A DNA stretch of 64,000 nucleotides from a bacterium (lineage in GTDB: Bacteria > Verrucomicrobiota > Verrucomicrobiia > Limisphaerales > UBA11358). The stretch covers positions 43,387 through 107,386 of the forward strand of contig JAKAFL010000005.1 of NCBI GenBank assembly GCA_021817945.1. The letters run 5' to 3'. The position numbers were made by a program, and so were the translations under genes. Positions 37,410-46,350 of the stretch are shown piece after piece. Below the pieces are notes generated by a model. That model worked only from the letters and a program-made list of their open reading frames with translations, did no database searches and had not been told where the DNA came from. Numbering within the stretch: position 1 is the stretch's first letter; each line of letters opens with the position of its first letter.

Positions 37410-37433
37410 ATTTTCACGCCTTCTGCGTGAAAA
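37410..37433. promoter_or_regulatory. Perfect 10-bp inverted repeat, candidate enhancer/UAS for a sigma-54 activator
   Basis: ATTTTCACGC-cttc-GCGTGAAAAT. An additional GCGTG copy lies at 37405-37409. The repeat sits about 70-95 nt upstream of the -24 element at 37505. Confidence 0.35.
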
Positions 37434-37504
37434 TTTTATCGAACCAGGTGCCAAGACGGGGGCATGTTTTATGTAAATTGTTTATTATAAAGTAGTTATA
37501 TTTT

Positions 37505-37520
37505 TGGCATCCGGCCTGCT
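37505..37520 (+). promoter_or_regulatory. Sigma-54 type -24/-12 promoter
   Basis: TGGCATccggccTGCT. GG (37506-7) and GC (37518-9) are in the exact consensus register (TGGCACG-N4-TTGCW). A strongly AT-rich tract precedes it. The promoter lies about 95 nt upstream of the ATG at 37616. Confidence 0.5.
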
Positions 37521-37615
37521 AAAATTTTTATAACACGATTGACCATTCCCGCGAATCCGGTAGGATTTGGAAATTGTCTCGTAAAACAACCAAAACATAA
37601 CAACGCAAACTAATT

Positions 37616-38392
37616 ATGAAACGCATCATACAACAAAAAAAAGCGTTCACCCTGATTGAACTGCTGGTGGTGATCGCCATTATCGCGATTTTGGCGGCCA
37701 TGTTGCTCCCAGCCTTGGCTGCTGCCAAGCGCAAAGCCCAACGCATCTCCTGCGTCAACAACCTCAAGGAAGACAGTCTTGCTTTCCGAATCTGGGAAGG
37801 CGATAACGGAGATAAATATCCTCAAGCGGTTTCATCTATCCAAGGCGGCGCAATGGAGTCTGTGGCGCACGGAATAACGCCTGGCACGGCCGTAGGAGAG
37901 CAGTACGGTGTTGCAAACGTGTTTTGCGTGATGTCCAATGAGTTGAGCACGCCAAAAATTTTGAATTGCCCCTCAGACACCCGCTCTCCATCAATTGTCA
38001 TTCCTGCCACCAATTTTAATGAAATTTGCTATGGAAATCCCATGCAAGCTAATCCGACCACCGTTCAAGCCATCAGTTACTTTGTGAGTGGTGATGCGGT
38101 GGAATCCAATCCACAAATGTTGCTCTGCGGAGATTACAATATCGGGTCCACCGTTGGAACAGTGCCCCCGCTCACCAACAACCTGCCTGACGTGACCTAC
38201 TGGAATGGCACCTTGGTGGGAGTTAATGGAGATTGGGGATGGACGGCCAACTCGCTGCACTTGAAAGTCGGCAATGTGGCAATCACGGACGGCAGTGTTC
38301 AGCAATTTTCCGTGAGCGGTCTTCAGGATGCCCTGATCAATTCCACCAATGGTGGAACCACGCCTCCCTTCGCGTTCAACTTCCCCTATTGA
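37616..38392 (+). CDS. Prepilin-type N-terminal cleavage/methylation protein with C-terminal H-X9-DG motif (pseudopilin-like)
   Basis: N-terminus [52 protein letters not shown]-terminus [14 protein letters not shown], which is H, nine residues, then DG. Confidence 0.88.
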   Translation: MKRIIQQKKAFTLIELLVVIAIIAILAAMLLPALAAAKRKAQRISCVNNLKEDSLAFRIWEGDNGDKYPQAVSSIQGGAMESVAHGITPGTAVGEQYGVANVFCVMSNELSTPKILNCPSDTRSPSIVIPATNFNEICYGNPMQANPTTVQAISYFVSGDAVESNPQMLLCGDYNIGSTVGTVPPLTNNLPDVTYWNGTLVGVNGDWGWTANSLHLKVGNVAITDGSVQQFSVSGLQDALINSTNGGTTPPFAFNFPY

Positions 38393-38431
38393 GGTTTCAT
38401 TTGGGGTGCTAACGGTTTTAGTCCGATCTCA

Positions 38432-38462
38432 AAGACCGCCGCAAGGCGGTCTTTTCTTTTTG
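38432..38462 (+). terminator. Rho-independent terminator
   Basis: agaccgcc-gcaa-ggcggtct followed by tttcttttt, 40 nt after the pseudopilin stop. Confidence 0.8.
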
Positions 38463-38602
38463 TGCCGGGTCGTTCGCATAAAAAGTGATTTCATAAAGGA
38501 GCCGGTTCAAAAAATCTATTGCCAAAGTGCAGGAATTAGGGGCATTGTTAAAGCCGACGGGGGAAACCGGCTGTTTTTGGGTATAAAAGGAAAACTTCAA
38601 TC

Positions 38603-41600
38603 ATGAGCAATGCCACCAACCTATCTGGGGCTGCGAAAGCCCTTCCTGCGCATTTGATCGCGCATATCAATGTCAAGCTGGCCCACATCGGATGCCAGCC
38701 AGTACCGTTGAAAGGAGACGCGGAATTTGCGGAGATCGCCGCCACCATGGCCGGTCAATCCAGGGAAAAAGACCGGTTACTGGGACACTACCTTTGCCCG
38801 GTGGACCAGCGAATCCAGACGTTTTTATACGATTATTTGCAGGAAGTGCCGGTGGCCAAGCTGCCGTCGCGCACCTTTACTCTGGATCGGCCCGGGCTGG
38901 CCCGTGTGCTCTCCTTGCCGCTGGACCAGGACCAGTTCAGCTCCAGCATTCTGAATTCCTACCGTGTGGCAAACGGCGTATTGCACAATCCGCGCAGTGA
39001 CCGGCGCACCACACAGGGGATTTTTCATGTGACGGAGGGTGGATTACCCATTCCCGACGACAAGCTGGGGGTGCCCAAATTGACCTTTTCACGTCTGTTG
39101 GCACAAGCCCTGAACCCGCCACGGGAACTGATGATCCTTCCCTTTACGGCCACCCAGCCGGGCCCGGCGGAATGCCTGGTTTCCCTCCTCTTGCGGCCGT
39201 TGGTCTGCCCGGCAGTGCCAGGATGGGCCCCGGAAAAAACCATGGAAGTTCGGTTTTTTGTTCCGGGAAACCTGGTGAGCAACCTCGATTTTGTGGAAAG
39301 CATTTTTGGAAATGGCGGTGATCCGCTTCTTCCTGAAAATGATTCGGCCTTGGATGCGGAACACTGGTCCGGGCACACCGGGTGCGTGATCCTGGCGCCG
39401 CACCTCACCACAATCACTAAAAAAGCCGCCGGCTTGCCGCCGTGGCAGGATGCCACGGAGCGCCAACGCAGGGATGGGATGTGCTGGAAGGATGAAGCGG
39501 AACTCTACAACCATGGGAATGCCTTCAAACTCACCTGCCGGGATGAATCCGGGGTCATTGTCACCTTGATTGCAGACAACTATTACGGATATTGCAAAAA
39601 GGAGGTCAAAACCCAGATTTCCTATGCGGCAAACCTGCTGGGCAATGCGGAGGAGGAGCACGCCGGCGGAGCCTTGGTGTTTCCAAGCTACGATCTTGGA
39701 GAAGAGTTCAGCGGGGATGCGCATGTGCGGCGGCTGGGGCACAGTTTTGAAGAGGTCCAAAAATTATATTCAAGCCTGATGGAGATGAAGCCTGAGGGCT
39801 ACGGGGTGGACCGGCTTCACCCGGAAGTGCTGTACGTGCCGCACGACGCTCATTTTGACCTCAAGCGCCAGACGGTTTCATGGTCCAATGGCAATGGAGA
39901 GCAAAGCATCCGGCTCAGCCCGGATAAGACCTACGTGCGTCCTTCCGGGTACAAGGTGCGCATGGAAAAACCACCCGGAGCCAACCGTGCCTGGAGACTG
40001 GTGGGAACGGCGGCAGAAGGGCTGGTTTGCCACAAACCTTGCACCGTTTCCGGGGGAGGCAAGTCCGAGATTTCCAAACCCATCACCGACGCAGTCCTGA
40101 CCGGCCCGGTGTTTGTGGCGGATTTAAAGAAAGACATGGACCAGGTCTCGGATTTGATAGGTCGTGATTACAGCAGGCGGTTTTTGGATGCAGGGCGCGA
40201 GGATCATCGGGAGGTGCTCTCGCCAGAGCGTTCACTCGGCTCCGTTATCAAGCTCTTGATGCAGGATGAACACGAATTCACACCGGATTACAATGCCTGG
40301 GTTGAGCTCATACCCCAGTACATCAAGGAACTTGTGTTTGTGGTCAAACGCTATTACAAACCTGAATGGGGCGCGGACTGGCGGAGGCATTTCAGCGTGG
40401 ACATCATCAACGGCAAGCCTGGGAATGAATTAAAGTGCGATAACCGCGTGCTCGTCACCACGCGCCTGAGGGTGGGTTTTGACAAGGATGGCGCCTGGCG
40501 CACCTTCGGACTGCGAAAGGATTTTCATCCAGCCGTGAAAGTGCAATTGGAAGATGACATCACCGCCTCCACCTTGGTGCCAGCCAGCAGGTTGGAGTAC
40601 CTTTCCGGCTTGGAGCGCGGGGTCACCCTGAAGATCATTCAAAACTGCGAACAGCGCCTGTTCCAACGGCCGGACGATGCCATTCACCGTGGATATGACA
40701 AGCAGACGGAAGAGGATTTTGCGCGGCTCGACAATTTTTTCTCCAATTACGAGCCGCTTCGCCACAAGGACGCCTTTGAAATGCTGGAAGATGCAGTCCA
40801 CTTTAATGAGTTCACGGAGCCCATGCGGGATTTGATTCGTGAATTTGGTAAATGCGATAGACCAGATTATCTGGTCTCCACGGACCATCCCCGGCTGGTC
40901 GAGGGCAAGCCAAGCAAGAATCCACGTTATTTGCAAAAGCGCCCGGACCTGATGCGGCCGGTGGAAACCTATGTGGCGGAAGCCGGGGCGCGGCTCAGGC
41001 GGCGCATGCCGGCCAATTCCCCGGTGCATACGCCGGTGAACATGGTGCTGCCCGGGCGCCGCAACAATCCGCCTGATGGATCCATCCGGTCGCTCGCCTG
41101 CTACAACCCCATCCATTACATGGAGCTTCCGGAGCTTTTCATGGAGTTCATCTGCAGCATGACCGGCAAATCCCCCTCCACCACGGGGGCAGGATCCGAG
41201 GGTGCCCTCACCAAGGGACCCTTCAACGCGTTGCCACCCATCATGGACCTGAATAACGCGCTGGTGTCGTTCATCCTCACGGGGCATGCCGGCTTTGTGA
41301 CCGCTGCCGGATATGTGGGTCCCAAGGTGCGCGTGGATCATGACATCAGCCTGGTGGTGCCGGAGGTGTTTTGCCGAATGCAGCCGGAGGAACGGGAGCC
41401 GCGCTTTTTGATGGATCATTTTTACCTCGAAAAGATGAAGGATTTCACTCACCAAGGCCGGGTGGTCAAGGCAAGCCGGTTGGGATACAGGATCAACCTC
41501 CGGTTTGTGCACGCCTTCTTTGGCCGCATGTTCAATCACCCGCACGAGGTGTTCACTGCGGAAATGTTGAAGCCGGAATTGCAGGATCCCGATGTTTTTG

Positions 41601-42034
41601 CCGACGGCATGGACAATATCATTGCAACCCAAAAGCGCGTGGCAGAAATGTATTTCAAGGATGGAAGCATCCGGCAGGCCTGCCCGCCGCTGAATGCCCT
41701 GCTCCATCTCATGGTGCAGGATGAGTGGGAGGGGAAGACAATGGAATCTCCTGAATTCAGGAAAATGTTTTCCCTGGCAAATCTTCAATCCAGCGAGTGG
41801 TATGCGAAGCGTCTGGCGGCAAAACAGAAGGTGGACCAGTTATTATGGCGGCGGCATGTGGAATACCTGAACCAATTTTTGCGCAAGCCCAGTCATGAAG
41901 ACGTGGCGGATGCCCTGAAGATCGGAGAGAGGCTGACACACGCCAGGAAGATGCTGGAGCGGGTGGAATCACCTGAATACCTCCAGAGCCTTCAAGGAAC
42001 CCTTGGGGCGGAGCCGGTGCAGAATTATCTCTAA
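38603..42034 (+). CDS. Large soluble protein, candidate PPi-dependent phosphoenolpyruvate carboxykinase (PEP carboxytransphosphorylase family)
   Basis: 1143 aa with no TM or signal sequence, preceded by AAGGAA. The size and blocks such as DRRTTQGIFHVTEGGLPIPDDK and IADNYYGYCKKEVKTQISYAANL match my recollection of the ~130 kDa PPi-PEPCKs of Entamoeba, Propionibacterium and Actinomyces. Not verified by any search. Confidence 0.5.
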   Translation: MSNATNLSGAAKALPAHLIAHINVKLAHIGCQPVPLKGDAEFAEIAATMAGQSREKDRLLGHYLCPVDQRIQTFLYDYLQEVPVAKLPSRTFTLDRPGLARVLSLPLDQDQFSSSILNSYRVANGVLHNPRSDRRTTQGIFHVTEGGLPIPDDKLGVPKLTFSRLLAQALNPPRELMILPFTATQPGPAECLVSLLLRPLVCPAVPGWAPEKTMEVRFFVPGNLVSNLDFVESIFGNGGDPLLPENDSALDAEHWSGHTGCVILAPHLTTITKKAAGLPPWQDATERQRRDGMCWKDEAELYNHGNAFKLTCRDESGVIVTLIADNYYGYCKKEVKTQISYAANLLGNAEEEHAGGALVFPSYDLGEEFSGDAHVRRLGHSFEEVQKLYSSLMEMKPEGYGVDRLHPEVLYVPHDAHFDLKRQTVSWSNGNGEQSIRLSPDKTYVRPSGYKVRMEKPPGANRAWRLVGTAAEGLVCHKPCTVSGGGKSEISKPITDAVLTGPVFVADLKKDMDQVSDLIGRDYSRRFLDAGREDHREVLSPERSLGSVIKLLMQDEHEFTPDYNAWVELIPQYIKELVFVVKRYYKPEWGADWRRHFSVDIINGKPGNELKCDNRVLVTTRLRVGFDKDGAWRTFGLRKDFHPAVKVQLEDDITASTLVPASRLEYLSGLERGVTLKIIQNCEQRLFQRPDDAIHRGYDKQTEEDFARLDNFFSNYEPLRHKDAFEMLEDAVHFNEFTEPMRDLIREFGKCDRPDYLVSTDHPRLVEGKPSKNPRYLQKRPDLMRPVETYVAEAGARLRRRMPANSPVHTPVNMVLPGRRNNPPDGSIRSLACYNPIHYMELPELFMEFICSMTGKSPSTTGAGSEGALTKGPFNALPPIMDLNNALVSFILTGHAGFVTAAGYVGPKVRVDHDISLVVPEVFCRMQPEEREPRFLMDHFYLEKMKDFTHQGRVVKASRLGYRINLRFVHAFFGRMFNHPHEVFTAEMLKPELQDPDVFADGMDNIIATQKRVAEMYFKDGSIRQACPPLNALLHLMVQDEWEGKTMESPEFRKMFSLANLQSSEWYAKRLAAKQKVDQLLWRRHVEYLNQFLRKPSHEDVADALKIGERLTHARKMLERVESPEYLQSLQGTLGAEPVQNYL

Positions 42035-42069
42035 ATCCAAATGCCTGGCTTGGGCGGTCTGGAGAATGA

Positions 42070-42402
42070 TCAGAGATGGGCGCGGATCCAGAGCAGGGAT
42101 TGGCGCAGCCAGCCGAAACGGATGTCACCCCTGAGAAAGAAGAAATAAACCAGCCAAAGTGCGGCAAAAATAGCCGCCCATTCCCAGCAAATGGTTTTCT
42201 TTTTGGGCGCTTTAAACAGGAGCCAGGAGGCAAGAATGTTCGCCATGGCTGCAGAAGCCAGACCCCACTCCATGACCAAATGCGTCGCGGAAGCTGAGGA
42301 CAACTGAAGATTCCCCACCTGGTCACGGGTAGCCGCAGGCAACCCCACAAGGAGCAGGACAAGGATGGAGGTATTGACAGCGATGACGAAAGCGCGCTGC
42401 AT
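42070..42402 (-). CDS. Small 3-TM membrane protein, function unknown
   Basis: 110 aa with three hydrophobic helices. ATG lies 6 nt after the GT2 stop, so it is probably co-translated with the GT2. Confidence 0.55.
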   Translation of the reverse strand: MQRAFVIAVNTSILVLLLVGLPAATRDQVGNLQLSSASATHLVMEWGLASAAMANILASWLLFKAPKKKTICWEWAAIFAALWLVYFFFLRGDIRFGWLRQSLLWIRAHL

Positions 42403-42408
42403 GGCTCG

Positions 42409-43137
42409 TCAATTGATGGTGCTGGAAACCTCGTACCGGAACATTCGCTTTTTCATCCAGCGAACTGCCAGCAAATCATAAAAGGATGCAAAAAGCCTGT
42501 TCCATACCCCGTAGTGGCTTTGACCGGCAAACCGGGGGTTGTTGCTGACTTCAATTTCCGTGACCGTGTGGCCCTCGATTTTGAAAAGGGTGGGAAGAAA
42601 GCGGTGCATGCCCTTGAAGAATTTAAGATTCGCAATGCATTCGCGTTTAAAGGCGCGGTAGGTGCAGCCAGCATCCGAGATTTGCTCTCCTGAAAGTTTG
42701 TTTCGCACCGCATTGGCAATGCGGGAAGAGAGCACCCTCAGGAAATGGTCGCCCTGACCCCGCACCTTTACCCGCGTGCCGCACACGCAGTCATAATTTT
42801 GCAGTGCAGCAAGAAACTTGGGAAGATCACGAGGGTCGTTTTGCAGGTCAGCATCCAAGGTGAAGAGGAAACGTCCGCGGGCTGCCTTCAGACCGGCGAA
42901 ACTGGCCGCACTTTCTCCGCAGTTGAACGCAAAACGCTGGACGCGGATGCGCGGATCCCCAGTCGCAAGTTCCTTGAGTATCTCCCAAGAACGGTCCTTG
43001 CTGCAATCGTCGGTGATGACGATTTCGTAGGAAAGCCCCAGAGGATCCACCGCCCCGCGGATGGCGCTGACAAGCTCCCGCAAATTGCCCTCCTCGTTGT
43101 AGCAGGGGATGACAAGGCTGATTTCAGGGTCGCTCAT
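42409..43137 (-). CDS. Family 2 glycosyltransferase, polyprenyl-phosphate sugar transferase type (ArnC/GtrB/DPM1-like)
   Basis: ISLVIPCYNEEGNL...IVITDDCSKDRS...TLDADLQNDP. 242 aa with no C-terminal TM helices. Confidence 0.8.
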   Translation of the reverse strand: MSDPEISLVIPCYNEEGNLRELVSAIRGAVDPLGLSYEIVITDDCSKDRSWEILKELATGDPRIRVQRFAFNCGESAASFAGLKAARGRFLFTLDADLQNDPRDLPKFLAALQNYDCVCGTRVKVRGQGDHFLRVLSSRIANAVRNKLSGEQISDAGCTYRAFKRECIANLKFFKGMHRFLPTLFKIEGHTVTEIEVSNNPRFAGQSHYGVWNRLFASFYDLLAVRWMKKRMFRYEVSSTIN

Positions 43138-43179
43138 GCGTGGGGAAACCAGTTGCGTGGGTAAAATGGGGCGTGCCGT

Positions 43180-44268
43180 TCATTTTTTCCCATAAAACTC
43201 ACGGATGGATGCCGTCACGGTATCCGCTGCCTCCAGGGTCATTTCACCGTGGATAGGCAGCGAAAGGATTTCCTTAACCGCCTGTTCCGTCTTGGGAAGT
43301 TTGGGGATGAATGGGAAGCAACCCACCACGCCAGGCTGAAGATGGTTGGGCTTGGGATAATGCACGCCTGTCTCGATGTTTTTCTGCTTGAGAAAGGCTT
43401 GCAGTTCATCCCGCTTTTCCGCTCGAACCACATACATGTGGTAAACCGGCGTGGCCCATTCGCGCACGGGCGGTGTCTGCACCACGTTCTTCAGGCCTTC
43501 CGAATACCTCGCGGCAATTTGACGGCGGCGTTCATTGAATCCGTCCAGATGCTGCAACATCACCCGTCCGATGGCGGCATTGATCTCATTGAAGCGGACA
43601 TTATATCCCGGGAATTCATGGTCATACTTCCCCTGGCGGCCATGGTTGCGAAGCATCCGCAGCCGGTCGGCATAATCTGTCAGGTTTGTTGTGATGCATC
43701 CGCCATCTCCCAAAACTGTGAGGTTTTTGGAGGGGAAGAAACTGAAGGCCCCGAAATCCCCCATGCTGCCCACCGTACGGTTTTTGTACTTGGCGCCCTG
43801 GGCCTGGGCACAATCTTCTATGACCCATAACCGATGTTTGCGGGCCAAAGCCACCAAGCGGTCATTATCCAGCGGATGACCGTACAGATGCACGCCAATT
43901 ATTCCCACAGTGCGCGGGGTTATGAGGCTTTCTGCATGGGCCAGGTCCATCCCATAGGTATCGTCAATGTCTGCAAACACTGGCCGCGCCCCCAAATGTA
44001 TGAGCGGTTCCATTGTCGGAAATGCCGTATGGCTGGGCACGATGATTTCGTCGCCAGGCCCCACTCCCTGGAGTTGGTGCAACAGGTAAACGATCATGGT
44101 CCAGGAACTGCCCAGCACGCACTGCGCAACGCCGGTGTGAGCGGCCAGTTCCTTTTCAAATTCCTGGGATTCCCGCCCGAGGATGTACTGTCCGGAGCGG
44201 ATGGCGCGCAACGCGGCTTCCTCCACTTCTGCATTGATGAAACATTTGGATAACGGGATTTTGCTCAT
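43180..44268 (-). CDS. DegT/DnrJ/EryC1/StrS family PLP-dependent sugar aminotransferase (ArnB-like)
   Basis: Start at the internal ATG (MSKIPLSKCFINAEVEEAALRAIRSGQYILG). Contains the FSFFPSKNLTVLGDGG lysine motif. The track ORF extends to 44451. Confidence 0.85.
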   Translation of the reverse strand: MSKIPLSKCFINAEVEEAALRAIRSGQYILGRESQEFEKELAAHTGVAQCVLGSSWTMIVYLLHQLQGVGPGDEIIVPSHTAFPTMEPLIHLGARPVFADIDDTYGMDLAHAESLITPRTVGIIGVHLYGHPLDNDRLVALARKHRLWVIEDCAQAQGAKYKNRTVGSMGDFGAFSFFPSKNLTVLGDGGCITTNLTDYADRLRMLRNHGRQGKYDHEFPGYNVRFNEINAAIGRVMLQHLDGFNERRRQIAARYSEGLKNVVQTPPVREWATPVYHMYVVRAEKRDELQAFLKQKNIETGVHYPKPNHLQPGVVGCFPFIPKLPKTEQAVKEILSLPIHGEMTLEAADTVTASIREFYGKK

Positions 44269-44582
44269 GTTTTTTTGTGCGCCGTCCAAAATGGGTTCGG
44301 GCCGGGTCTTTCTGATGGGACTCCAAGCCAGGTTGAAACCTTCAAACGGTGCGCTTGTATTTTCAGGTCTGCGGTTCGCAAAGACAAGGCTTTTTGCAAT
44401 CGCCAGGTCACTGCAATTCATAACCTTGAAAAAATGGAACCGAGCATCCATGGCAGCCGCCCGAAGGGCAAAGGCCCTGCTCCACGGAGGGAAAAACCAG
44501 GCAAACAGACCGGGTGACCGTCAATGGCACTCCCCTTTTGGCATGCTATTCCAGAACCGCATAGAAGCGGAGTCGAATAGGC

Positions 44583-44924
44583 ATGCAATCCAATGTGTCT
44601 TCCGTAGCGAGCCTGACCATGGCTGATATTCAGTCCTGGGTGTTTTATTGTGGCATGCTCTATCTTGCCGTGGGAATGGCTTTGATCGCCAGCGCCACGG
44701 TGCGGGCCTATTTGAGTCAGGAGGTGAACCAGGCAAAAATCAGGTATGGGCCACGCGGCCACCTCCTCAGGTTCCTTTTGTTTTATGCGGTATTAATTCC
44801 GATTTTCGTACTGATGTGGCCGGTTTGCCTTCCAGCCATGATCGAGGCACGAAATAAAAATAAAAGGAGCGCCAAGTCACAATCCGCAGAAAAACAGGTT
44901 TGCCGGGATGATTCAAAGCCGTGA
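44583..44924 (+). CDS. Hypothetical small membrane protein
   Basis: 113 aa with two hydrophobic helices and a basic tail. No recognisable motif. Confidence 0.35.
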   Translation: MQSNVSSVASLTMADIQSWVFYCGMLYLAVGMALIASATVRAYLSQEVNQAKIRYGPRGHLLRFLLFYAVLIPIFVLMWPVCLPAMIEARNKNKRSAKSQSAEKQVCRDDSKP

Positions 44925-44968
44925 GACCCGACGTTTTGCGACCCGGTTGACAGCCCCGCAAGCAGGGG

Positions 44969-46300
44969 TCAGCCGCCAAGTGAGGAGGGATCCCCCACGT
45001 TCCCCTTGTTGAAATCCACATAGGCCTCCGTCAAATCAGCGGCATAAATCACTGCATTGGATCGGCCCAAATTCAGCCGGATATGCAGGTCAAATTCCGA
45101 AGGGGCCACGGCGGAGCACAAAGACTGGAAGGAGGCATCCGTGGGCTGCCCGCGGAGGAGGCTCCATAAAACCGCTTTGGAGCCGGAGGCCGCATATCCA
45201 ATGTCAATTTTCTCCTCCACCACCTTGGCGGCAGAATACCCAATGGCGTCCATGATCCGGCCCCAATTGGGATCTCCGCCGTGCCAGCTTGTTTTTACCA
45301 GGGCGCTGTTTGCCACGGAGCGTGCCACGGCATCGGCATCCCGCACAGAACGCGCGCCAGAAACGCGGACGGTGACCACCCGATGAACGCCCTCGCCATC
45401 CCGCACAATTTTGCGGGCTAATGCCAGGCAAAGATGGTTGAGAGCGTCACGGAATTTTTTGTAGTCGGGGCTGGTTTTGGTTAGGATGCGATTGCAAGCC
45501 ATGCCATTGGCGAGGATCAACACGGTGTCGTTGGTGCTCATATCGCCGTCCACCGTGATCCGATTGAAACTCAGGGCCACCGCTTCACGCAGGGCTTCCC
45601 GTAAAAGTGGAAAAGAAATGGCGGCATCCGTGGTTATAAAGGCAAGCATGGTGGCATGCAAACCGGAGGGAAGGCTGGCAGGGCGTGCTCCCGTCTCGCT
45701 CATGCCCGGCTGAATCATTCCTGCTCCTTTGCAAATGCCACCAATCCGCACCTCCTTGCCTCCTAGCCGCAAGGAAACAGCCGCCTGCTTGGGACAGGTG
45801 TCACTGGTCATGATGGCTTCAGCAGTGTGATCCGCATTCGCAGGATTCGATCCCAAAAGGGCGGCCGCCTCCACAATGCCAGCCCGGACATTGTCCATGG
45901 GCATGGGCATGCCAATCCGCCCGGTGGACCCCACCAAGGCCAGGCCCGGTTTCAACCCAAGCGCCTTTTCCGTAAAAGCGACCATTTCCCGCGCGTCCAA
46001 CATGCCCTGAACACCGGTGCATGCATTGGCATTTCCAGAATTCACCACGATGGCCTGCGCCTTCCCGCGCTTCACCCGTGGAACGCAAATTTTGACCGGA
46101 GCCGCAAATACCTGGTTGGTGGTGAACATCCCGGCCACCGTGGCCGGGCATGAGGAAAAAATAAGCGCCAAATCCCGCTTGGCCCCCTTGTCTGATCCCT
46201 TGCCTGTCCCCAGGCGTTTGATGTCGCAAAACACCCCGCCTGCGGAAAACCCCCGGGGGGCGACAATGGATCCTGGAATTTCCTTATATGCTGGTTTCAT
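44969..46300 (-). CDS. argJ: Bifunctional glutamate N-acetyltransferase / amino-acid acetyltransferase
   Basis: 443 aa. GFSAGGVFCDIK, self-cleavage region GLHATMLAFITTDA, NDTVLILANG. Confidence 0.92.
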   Translation of the reverse strand: MKPAYKEIPGSIVAPRGFSAGGVFCDIKRLGTGKGSDKGAKRDLALIFSSCPATVAGMFTTNQVFAAPVKICVPRVKRGKAQAIVVNSGNANACTGVQGMLDAREMVAFTEKALGLKPGLALVGSTGRIGMPMPMDNVRAGIVEAAALLGSNPANADHTAEAIMTSDTCPKQAAVSLRLGGKEVRIGGICKGAGMIQPGMSETGARPASLPSGLHATMLAFITTDAAISFPLLREALREAVALSFNRITVDGDMSTNDTVLILANGMACNRILTKTSPDYKKFRDALNHLCLALARKIVRDGEGVHRVVTVRVSGARSVRDADAVARSVANSALVKTSWHGGDPNWGRIMDAIGYSAAKVVEEKIDIGYAASGSKAVLWSLLRGQPTDASFQSLCSAVAPSEFDLHIRLNLGRSNAVIYAADLTEAYVDFNKGNVGDPSSLGG

Positions 46301-46350
46301 ATTGAATTATGTGGACGGATTGAGCCGGTTGAATAGCCACTCGCTGGAGA

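Noticed and set aside
40430-41788. 452-aa minus-strand ORF
   Set aside because: It is antisense inside the 1143-aa gene. The sequence is His/Arg/Gly-rich with no motifs, and it has no independent start context. Treated as a shadow ORF.
44525-44555. TGGCAC...TGGCAT motifs upstream of the small ORF at 44583 as a sigma-54 promoter
   Set aside because: Neither TGGCA copy has a GC dinucleotide in the required register 12 nt downstream of the GG.
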